Below are positions 25,130 through 37,100 of a DNA stretch of 64,000 nucleotides, piece by piece. This DNA is from an uncultured Clostridiaceae bacterium (GTDB lineage Bacteria; Bacillota; Clostridia; TANB77; CAG-508). Where the stretch lies: positions 12,723-76,722 of the forward strand of contig CAOJVB010000003.1 in NCBI GenBank assembly GCA_948444845.1, in the 5' to 3' direction. Position numbers and translations under genes: made by a program. The stretch's first letter is position 1. Each line of letters opens with the position of its first letter. A model generated the notes under the pieces. That model was not told where the DNA came from and ran no database searches. It saw nothing but the letters and a program-made list of their open reading frames with translations.

Positions 25130-28100
25130 ATGTCAAAAGAAAAAATTAGAAAAGCAGTAAGCAATAATCAAAATAGAATATTAGCAATGCTTGTTATGAT
25201 AATTTCTATTTTATTAATAGTAGGCATAACTGTAAATGCTAATAAAAATGATGATTATGCAGTTGAAATTAAAGACAATGGTGAACAAAACATTGCTACA
25301 AATGAAGACTATGATAGCGATAATCCAAAAAATTATGATTCTAGCATAACTAAGAAAATAGTAGCAGATACACCAAAAAGTTTAACATATGAGGTGCAAG
25401 TTAAAAACTTAGCTCCCAATATAGTGCCAGAGCTAGCTATCGTAATAGATAGTTCTAGAAGTATGGGCATAAATGATATAGATAATAAAGTAAAGGAAAA
25501 AGTTATACAATTAGTAACTGAACTTAGAACAAACTCACCAAAAACAAAGATATCTATATCTACTAATACAGGAGTAAAAGTAGGGTTATCAACTCAAACA
25601 GTAGATCAGTATACTACTGCTATAAATGGTATAAGCTTTTCAGATGGAGAAAGTGTAGGAAAAGGTATAGACTATGCTACAAGTACACTATCAGCAGGAG
25701 ATAGAGGAAAATACTTAGTAATATTCTCAGATGCAACTGATTCACTAAAAGAAAAATTAGAAGACTTAACAGTGAATAGACATTTGGAAATATTTTCTAT
25801 ATTAACTGACATTACTAATAATGAGTATGAAACAAGTACACTAATGGGAACAAACCAAATGATAAGTGATGTTCAAGATTTTTCTAATTTATACTATAAA
25901 ACTAATACTAGTATGGTAGATGTTAAATTAACAGATATATTTACTAGCGAAGTAAATGAATATTTTGAATTTACAGAAGTTTTTAAAGATACTAATGTAG
26001 AGATTGAAAAGACCTCGAATGGATATATATTAAAATGTAATGAAATAAAAGCAGGAGAAACTAAAACATATAAATATACATTAACATTAAAAGATGATGC
26101 AAAAATAGATGCGGGAAAAATATATAGAGAGTTAAATACAAGTGATAATTTAACTATAGAATATAAAGATAGAGATGAGCAAAGTCATACATACAATATG
26201 GAAACAACTCCTACATTTGTAATATGTAAAAAATATAGCTTAACTATAAAAGCAGTTAGTGAAAAAAGTAATGACTTACCTTTAGAGAACTTAGATGTAA
26301 AAGTAGTAGGAACAACAGTTACAGGTCAAGATGAAAATGGAAATGATATAGTAAAAACTGTATTTGACGAAACATTAACAACAGATTCAAAAGGAAGAAT
26401 ATTAATAGATAACTTAAAAACATTAGGAGATATTACATTTGAAATAAAACCAATAGTTAATAGGTTTGGATATCAAGAAACATCAGCAACTCAAGTTATA
26501 GTACATAATGACCCAACAGGTGTAGGAACAATATGGGCAGAATCAGATATCAGAACACCAGATGTAGATGTTGTAAATAGAAACATAACAGTATTATTAC
26601 CAATATCAGTAGAAACATATGATATGGAAATAGAAACTGTAGACTTAACCAATAATAACATTAAATTAGGAAATGCAGAATATAGATTAATTCAACCTAA
26701 ATTAAATAGTAAATATGAAATGGAAGCATTGTATGGAACTTCAGGACCAGATGGCAAATTAGTATTTAAACCAGCAGTAATGACTAAAGATGGTTCATAT
26801 CAATATATATTAACACAAATGAATAAAGTTCCAGACTATGATCCAATGGGAAATGCTACTATAATTGTAACATTTGAAAATGGAAAAGTAACAAAAATAG
26901 CACATCAATATAATGAAAATGTTGAAACAGAACTAATAAGCAATACACAAACAAAAGTAATAGTAGGAAATGCTTCATTACAAGATGATACATTTAATTT
27001 AGAAATAAACTTAAGTGATGAATTAACAGGAGAAAAATTATTTGGTGGTATATATGACATATTAGTTGAAAGAACAACTCCAGCAGGAGACCCAGTGTCA
27101 TCACTATTAAGTGGATATATGACAGATAATGATGGAAAAATAAACATTGAAACACCAGGAACAGGATATATAAGACTAAAAATAGTAGAAACTAGTCCAA
27201 AAGCAGGATATGTTGCAGACCCAACTGAAAAGGAATTAACCTTTTTCAGAGATGGTGGAACTGTACAATATATAACAGCTAAAAATCCACCAACAATGGA
27301 TGCAATAGCAGATTCAGATAATAACAAAATAATAATTAACTTTAAAAGCAAAGTAGCAAATGAGCAAAATAGAATACAAGTACGATTAATGGATGAGCAA
27401 GTACATACTGACAATATACCAGGAGTAACATTATCATTAAATAAAGTTGGAAGTTCAGACATAATATATGCTACAACAAATAGAGATGGTATAGCAAACT
27501 TCATAATACCAAATGAAGATATAGGAAGCTACCAATATGAAATTGGTTTATTCTCAGCAGTACCAAAAGGATATTTAACACCAGCTACTACACAATTAGG
27601 AGTAATAACAGTTACTTATGATGGAACTAGATATATGGTTGATGCAGGAGCAGTAAGTACTAATGTACCAACAATGAATGTAAGCTATAACCAAAGTACT
27701 GAAACAGGTTTCATATATCATACTGCACGAGTAGACCTAAGCTTAGATGTAGACCCAGCATATGCATACCAATTAAAAATAAACTTACTAGATGGAAGCA
27801 CAATGAGAGGTTTAGCTGGAGGAAAATATAGTATATTAATGGAATCAGATGGAGTAGAAGTAAAATACTTATCAGGAAAACTTACAGACAGTAATGGTGA
27901 CTATACTACAAGGATAGTAGGTGGAGGACAAAGTATAGTAATAACAATTACAGAAACAGCAACATTACCAGGTTATATATTAAATACAACTACTCAAGTA
28001 ATAGAATTAGAATTAACAGATGCAGGTTATGTAGTTGCAAACAGCTCACCAAATATATATGACCCATCAGCAGGAAGCTATATAGGAGTAACAACATCAC

Positions 28101-31100
28101 CTTCAGGCAAAGAATTTGTATATCATGACATAAACAATAGTAAAACAGGTGCAAACACAATATTAAACTTACATGTAAACAAAATGGACCTAAATGATTT
28201 CTTAGTAGCAGGAGTAAGAGTAAAATTAAGCTCACCAACACTACTAAGAGCAGATGGAACTACACTAGACTCTATGTATGATGTATTAGATGATAATGGA
28301 ACTGTTATAGGAAGAAGAGATTATTATGTAACAGACCAAAATGGATATTTTGAAGAACTAGCAATAAAAGTAAAAGGTGACGAATTAACTAATGGAGAAA
28401 GAATAGATTACCTATATATGAATGAACTAGATGCAGACGGAAACATTATACCAAACACAGATATTACATTTAAGTTAACATTTAGACAAAATAAAAACAC
28501 ATATGTAGTAGAAGTAACAAACGTAGAAGCAACTTGGGGAAATAGACTAGTAAAAGGTAAAACATATAGCTCAAGAGAAACAGATGTAGCATACGAAAGT
28601 GATGTATACTTAGACATATATACAAACTTCGATGATGTAGGAAACTTCTCAATAGACTTAAAGAAATTAGACAAGGATGGCAAAAAATTATCAGGAGCAA
28701 AATATGATATAGTAGTAATGAGACCAGATTCTACAACATTAGTAAGAAGAGATATAAATGTTACAGACAGTGTAGAATTAGATGGAATACTAGTAAGTGA
28801 AGGAACAAAAATAGAAATAACAGAAAAACAAGCACCAATAGGATATAATATAAATGAATACACAGAAGTAATAACAATAACAAAAGTAGACTCAATAACA
28901 GGTCTAGTAGAATGTAGACTAGAGCCAAGTTCATACACACCATCAAGAGCAACAATATCAGCAACTCAGCCAATAGTAAGTTCAGATGGAAGATATAAAC
29001 TATGTATTACATTAGATATGATAGATTATGAATCTGATACATTTAAACTAGGAATAACAGCTAAAGATTCTACAACGGGAAATGGAATTAAAGACTATAG
29101 ATTTAAAGCTGAAACAAGTCAAGGAGCACAAAAGAATTTAGCACCAACCGATAGCAATGGAAAAACTTCAAACTTATTAGGTGCAAACTATAAAATAGAT
29201 AATTTTGAAGTAATATACACAATAGATACTTTAAGGGTAGCAGACTACTATAAAAGATTAGTAAACCCAATTGAGTTAAAAGTAATATTTGACTTAAATG
29301 GAAATGTAAAAACAGCTGAAACAGATGCCGCAAACATAGGACAACCAGGTTATGGAACAATTTGGAGCATAGTAGGTACAAATACAATAGGTGGAAATGA
29401 TATAGACTTAGACATAAAAATAGACCCATGTGATCCACTAGTAGTAAATATTCAAACAACAGATACAATAACAGGAAATCAATTAACAAATATAGCTTAT
29501 CAAATAGTACCAAGTGTAAACTTACCAGCAACAGGAAATACACAAATAACAGTTGGATATGTATTACCAGGAGGAGCACAAACATACACAATAAAACAAA
29601 CAAATGCAGCTTCAATAGGAAATTACAAAGCAGTACCAGAACAAAGAATAAAAGTAACATATGATATAGATGGAAATGTAACAGCAGTAGATGAATTAAC
29701 AAATGAAGTACACGAAGTATCAATAAATGGAAAACAAATAACAATAAAAATAGATATAGAACCAGAAGTACCATTTACTATGAAAAACGTAGCATACTTC
29801 CATAATGATGTAAATATTGGAAATGCAAAATTTGAAATAAGTGTAGATGATGACAATACAAAACAATTACTAACAACTTCATTAGGAGAAGACGTAAAAT
29901 ATACAGGTAAATTTGAAACAGATACAAGCAAAATATATACAGTAAAACAAATAAGTGCAGGAACAGGTTATGCAAAAATAAAAGATTTCCAAATAGAAGT
30001 ATTCTTTGATGCAGACAGAAATATTACAAAGGCTGAAATAGTAGGAAATAAAGATGTAGGAAATGTAAATGAATTTGTAGAATTTGTAGAAGTAAGTGTA
30101 ACAAGACCATCAACAGCAGCAGATAGAGGATACAACGGAAATGACAAAGGAATAGTAAATATTACAGTTAAGAGCTACCCACAAGTTGAATTCAAAATTA
30201 AGAATGTTGATAGAAGAGATGACACAATAAATCTTCAAGGAACAGTTTATAAAGTAGAATCTACTATAGATACTAGAGATGAAAGCATAGTTACAGGAAG
30301 CGATGGAATAGGAACAGCAAAACTAGATAAAAGTGGATATAGCACACACGTTAAATATACAATTACAGAAATGCAACCAGCAGCTAGATATCAAACATTA
30401 GCAATACCAGCTGTAATAGATGTAGAATTTAATGAAAGAGGTTATATTGTAAATACTACAATAGAAAAGAGAGATGATGTAGTAACAGTAGTAAGACCAG
30501 AAGTGTTTGACCCAGAAGATAACTTTAAATTAGACATAAAAATAAAGAGTAATCCAGAACTTAAAGTAAACATTACAAAAGTAGATGAAGAAGACAATAC
30601 TATATTAATACCAAATGTAAGTTTTGAAGTAACAGCAAGAATTCTAAAAGACAATTTAGCAGAATTTAGTACAGAAGACCAAGATAAATTAACATTAAAT
30701 ACATCAACATTAACAGAAGAAAACTACTTAGCACAAGTATTGGATAGACTAAAGATAGACAGAGAAGATGTAGAAAGCTTAAGAAAGAGCATAGGAGTTA
30801 AAAACGTAATAGAAGAACTAAAGAATAGCAATAATTTAACAGCAGCAGAAGAAGACGAAATAAATTCACAATTAAATGATAACTTAAGAATTAACAAAAT
30901 AGTATCTTTAGGAAAACGTACAAAAACACAAATAAACCAAAAAATAGCAGAAGTAACTAATAGAACAATTATAGATAAATTAATAGAAGAGGACAAAACT
31001 TCTAATGACGCTGTAAATGACCTATTAAACAAAGTTAAAAATCAAATAAGATTAGATGTAGATAATATTGTAACAAATGCAAATGGATTAGGCGTAGCAT

Positions 31101-34100
31101 ATATGGATAAAACATTAGCAAATAAAACAATAGAATATACATTAAAAGAAACAAGAAAAGTAGCAGGATATGATTGGTTAGATGAAGTAGTAATATTAGA
31201 AATAACATATGATGAAAATGGAAAAATGGTAGCAGATAACCCAGTAAGAGTAGTTTCAGGGGCAATTGATATAACAAATGTAAATCAACAAGGCTTTGAA
31301 ATATCAGCAACAGTTAAAAATAAACCAAGTAAAGAAATACAAATACACCTATCAGTAGAAGATGTATATGACTCAAATAAAAAACTTGAAGTAGCAAAAT
31401 TTGATGCATACTTAGTTTCAACTGAAGCAGATGATAGACTAACATTTTCACCAGATAATGACTTTAGAGTAGCATTAGAAACAGGTTCAGTAACATCAGG
31501 AACAGGATTAACAACAGCACATGGAGAAGACACAGAAAGTATGGGTGTATATGACAGAGGAGCAGGTTCAAGATTATTAAGACTAGTACAAAAACAAACA
31601 CCAAGCGCATACTACTTAGGAAATGACAAATTTGATAGTGTTTATCAATCTATTCAATATGCATTACTTGTAAATGTAAGTTTTGATGATGAAGGTCGTA
31701 TAACAGGCACAAGTTTACATTCACCAGGTAAAGATTCAATATATATTGGATATATAGCAGATGGAAGATATATACAAGTATCAAATACAAGAAATACTAT
31801 AAACATAACAATTAAATATTACCCAATGTTACAAGTACAAATGCAAACAGTGGATATGTACACTAAACAAAGTTTAGCAGCAAATTATACAATAGATACA
31901 CGTTTATGGGGTACATCATGGCAACCAGATTCAATAGTAAGTGCAGGATATATAAATCCACTTTTCACAACTTGGTGGGATGGAGTACATACTTATGGAT
32001 ATGACCATTATGGTAGAACATATAGTGCTGGATATACAACAAGCGCATCATTAGCTTCTTTAGAACAAGCACCAAGAGTTGCAATAGCACCAACAGATGC
32101 AGATAGATTCCCAGAAAATAAAAATCCTAATAAAGACAGGAAAGAAAGAACATTATATGTATATGAAAATGCAGAACCAAATTCACCAGTACAATATCAA
32201 ACATATTTACCAAGACATGTAACAAGGTCAGCACAATATTTAATAGCAACATTAAAAGTAAAATATGATGATATAGGACAAGTAAAAGATGTAGAAGTAA
32301 TACAAGAATATTCATCAACAAATATAACATCAGGTTTCACAAAAATAGTAAAAGCAACAGTAAATCAATACACAATAGGAATAACAATAGAATATGCACC
32401 AATAACAACAATAAATGCAACAGTTATAGATGAAGTAAGTGGAGCAGGACTTTCAGGAATAAGAGTTAACCCTTACTTAGGAGGAACAAGTGTAACAAAT
32501 ACATCTTATGAATATAGAACAACATTATATTATACAACAAATAGTAATGGTAGAACAGGATGGACATATTGGGGAGCAAGTCAACCAGATTCATTAAATA
32601 GATATATATTAGACACATACACAGTAGGTTCAGGATATGAAGGATACTTTGACCCAGGAAATATAATATTAGATGTAGCATATGATGACAATGGTAGAGT
32701 TTCAAGTGTTACACCAAAGAGTACAGACGCCTTTGGAGATGTAAATGCAATAAATATAAGCTGGGTAAATAATAACATTCAAGTTACAATTAGATATTCA
32801 AGGAAATTTAATGTAAAATTAAATAAAGTTGATTACTATGATAGTAACAAGAAACTAAACGCAGTATTTAATATAACATCTAGCAATGGAGTAGAAACAT
32901 CAATGGCTGCAAATACAACTACAACATTAGGAAAAGTATATCCAGGAAAATTAGTACAATATACACTATCTGAAACAACAGTACCAGCAGGATATATACC
33001 AGTAGAAAATATGGACATATTAGTACAATTTAATAACAATGGAACTATTAGAGCAGCAACATCTTTAAGTGATTACTATCAATTTGTAAGATGTGCGCCA
33101 CTAGACTCAGGAACAAATAGTTTAAAGAAGACAGACTTAGAAGCAAATATTAAAAATAAACCAAGGTTTGATGTTACAGTACAATTATCAGATAAATTCT
33201 ATCCAACATTAAAACTTGCAGGCGGAACATTTACAATGGAAAGCAGCAAAGGAGAAATAGCATCAGGAGGAGTTCAAACTGACAGTAATGGAATACTTGA
33301 AACTTATGTAGGAACAGTATATCCAAATGAAGAAGTAACATATACAATAAAACAAACAAACGTAATACCAGGTTATTACCAAAACAATACTGTAGTTAAA
33401 TTTAAAGTACACTTTAACGCAAATGGCAAATTAGATAATTATAGTTTAATAGATGGTAGTGATGTAGCAACAATAAATCCAACAGCACATATTGGAACAC
33501 AGAAGGTAAAAGTAAACATTACAAATAAACCAAAAGATGTTAGATTAGGAATTTACAAAAAGGATCAATTAGATGGTTCACCATTATCAGACATTAAATT
33601 TAAACTAACAACTATGGAAGACGGAAAGAAAGATATTGTAAAAGATGTTGTAACAAATGCAAATGGAACAGTAATAGACGTAGTAGATGAATTTAAAGAA
33701 TTAGCAGGAAGCAACAGAGTTGTAACATATAAGATATCTGAAATAGAAGCAGCACCAACATATAGAAAGATACAAGACATAGTAATAAAAGTAACATATA
33801 AACCAGATGGAAGTATGTACCTATATGATGTAGTAAGTAACCCAAGCAATGTAGGAATAGAAATGGCTACAAATGGACAAATAAAATATTTAGATAATAC
33901 ACCAATACATATTAAACTTACAATTCCAAACGACAACGCATATGACTTAATAATTAAAAACGAAGATAAAAACTTACCAGGTTTAGGAATTGAAGGAACT
34001 GTATATGATGTAATAATAGATGGAATAGTTCAAAGCCCTATAACTACAAATGCAAATGGTATAGCAAAAATTGCAAACCAAACTCAAACAGGTGAAATTA

Positions 34101-37100
34101 CAATAGATATTGCTGAAAGAACTATAGGAGAAGGATACAGAGCAGACAATAACAACTATACAACAATTAAAGTAGAAAAAGGTGTAGATGAATATACACT
34201 AGTATACACAGACCATACAAATCAAACATATGCAACTGTAGATGTAAATGAAGAGTATGGAACAATAACAGTAACATTCAAAAATGAGACAAAATTAGAA
34301 TTAACTATGCAAAAGAATGATATAAATACAGGAGCTGTATTACAAGGAGCAGTATTTGAAATTAAAGAAGAAGAACTAGATAATACAGGAAATGTAATTA
34401 CAGGAACAGAAAAAATAATAACAGGAGATACTACAAATACAACAGATGCAGATGGACTACTATACTTTGACTTAGGATTATCAAAACGAAATGCAACAGT
34501 AAGATATACATTTACAGAAACAACACCACCAGCAGGATATGACCAAATATTCCCAATAACTATGACAGTAGAATTTGACAATTATGGAAATATAATATCA
34601 ATGACAGATGATTCATTTAGAGCTAGAGAAACATTAGCATCAAATACAGGAAAATCACATCATATGATAGTAACTATAGGTAATGGAACAGTAAATGAAC
34701 AATATAGTGTAAAAATAGTTAAAGAAGACTCACAATCAGGAAGAAGAATAAATAATGCACTATTTGAAGTAGAGGTAATAGAAGAAAATACAGGAGCAAC
34801 AAATAGATCAGCAAAAGGATATACCAAAGACTTAACAAGTACACTTGCTGGAGAAACAGTAATATTCGAAAGAGGAGCATATCAAGTAAATGGAATAACA
34901 GCAGAAGGAAATGTAAAAATTAACTTTAGAGAAATAGAACCAGCAGTAGGATATGTAGTAGGACAAAACCCTGTATCAGGAACAGTAACAATAAATGCAC
35001 AATTTGACGTAGTAGAATCAAGCCAAGAAAAAGAAGTAACATTAACAGAAGTAAACAATGGTGGATTTGATGTAGTAGTAGACACAGTTAATAGAGAAGT
35101 TACAATAAAAGTAAAAAATGACCCAGATGTAACATTTGAAATAACAAAAATAGATGGAGATACAAAAGTACCAATGCAAAACGTAAAATTCCATATAACC
35201 TCAGCAGTAGTAACAAATGGAACACCAGGACCAATAACTTTAGATAAAGATATGCAATTAACAGATGAAAGAGGATTTATATCAGAAAGTGTTGGATATG
35301 CATATGCAAATAAAACAGTAATATACACATTAACAGAGGAAAAAGTGGAAGCATATGATAAGCTAGATGATATAGTATTAGAAGTTCAATATGATACAAA
35401 TGGAAACATTATAAATTGTAATGTATTAAGTAGCCCAGATGATATTACAATAAAACCTAATGCAGAAAAAACTATAAGAAAACAAATAATAAAAGAAACA
35501 GGCACTCCAGGTAATGTAAGTATACAATATTCAGATATTAAAATTCCAACAGGAATAGGAACTAGAATATTACAAATGGAAATAAACAACCATAGAACAA
35601 TAATACCAAAAGATTATCGAATTCAAATAGGTAAATACCATGAAGACACAACATATCCATATTTAATACCAGGAGCAAAATATGAAATAACAGTAACACA
35701 ACAATATGGAAAGAAAGAAACAACATGGACAGATATAACAGATGAAAACGGTGTAATAACAAGCCCATACTTTAGTGGATTTGGAGAAATAGAAGTACAA
35801 ATAAAAGAAGTATCAGCACCAGACGGATATAAACTAGATGGAATAACAAAAACAACAAGATTTATAAGATATGAAACTTCACAAAGAATGGTAGTAATAT
35901 CTTCAGACTCAGGCTGTACATTTAATGATGACTTTACAATGGTAAACTTAAAAGCAGTAGATGAAGTAATTGGTGGATTATATGATATTGTAATTAACAA
36001 AGTAGATGTAAGAAGCGGAGCATTAATACCAGATAACCCAGCAAAGATAAAAGTAGAGATGGAAGAAAAATACGAAACAATAACACAAGAAATTGATGAA
36101 GAAACAGGAGAAGTAGTAGAAAATGTAGAAATCTCAACAGTAAGAGTTCCAGTAGTAGAAGATGTAACAGACGAAAATGGTAGACTAATTGTAAGTAAGT
36201 TAAAAGCACCAGCAAAAGCAGGAGAATATAAATACATTCTATCAGAAATACAAGCACCAGTAGGATATAATGGAATAGCTGAAAGTGAAGTAGAAATATT
36301 AGTAACATTTGAAGAAAATGAAGACCAAGAAATGATAATTACAAATGTAGTTGTAGCAAATGCAGAAGACGTAAGGGCAGCAAAAACTTCAAATAAAGTA
36401 ATGAGCATAATTGTATACAATGGTGGAGATAACTATGATGATGTAACATTAAACGATGATGAATTTGCAATCGACTTAAGAAAAGTAGATAGTGAATTAT
36501 ATCAAATAACAACAACAACAGCAGAATTCAAATTAACAAACTTAGAAACAATGGATGAAACACAAATTATTACAGATGAACTAGGTAGAGCAGAAGTAGT
36601 AAAACTAAAAATGCCAAAAGAACCAGGACGTTATAAATATAAACTAGAAGAATTAAGAGCACCAAAAGGATATAAAATAACTGAAGAACCTATGTACCTA
36701 TTACTAGAATTCTTAGAAGACGAAGAAGGAAAATTATATTTAAATAGTGTAGGAACAGAAGGTAAAAACCTAGTACATGCTAATAAGGCAGTAGGAAATA
36801 CATTACCAAACAGAATAATAAAATTACAGGCAATAAATGAAGATAGACCATATACACTAATAATAGAAAAACACCATGAAGCAGACCCATATTATCCACA
36901 ATTCATAGCTGATGTACAATTTGAAATAAAAGTAACACCAGAATTCGGAGAAAAATTAGAAACAACACAAACAACAAATGCAGAAGGTATTATAACAATA
37001 GAGAACTTAGAAGGATATGGACGTATCAAAGTAGAAATAAAAGAGTTAGCAGCACCAAACAAATATAAGCAAGACTTTTCTGTAAAACATCTTGAATTCT

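Noticed and set aside
35623-36420. Long minus-strand ORFs inside + strand genes, for example 35623..36420 (265 aa), 29103..29774, 3899..4609, 45335..45988, 42961..43542 and 57056..57565.
   Set aside because: All lie antisense to strongly supported + strand genes. Their translations are Leu/Phe/Ser/Ile-rich low-complexity strings with no motifs and no SD. They are the expected by-product of purine-rich, AT-rich sense codons that rarely create antisense stops.
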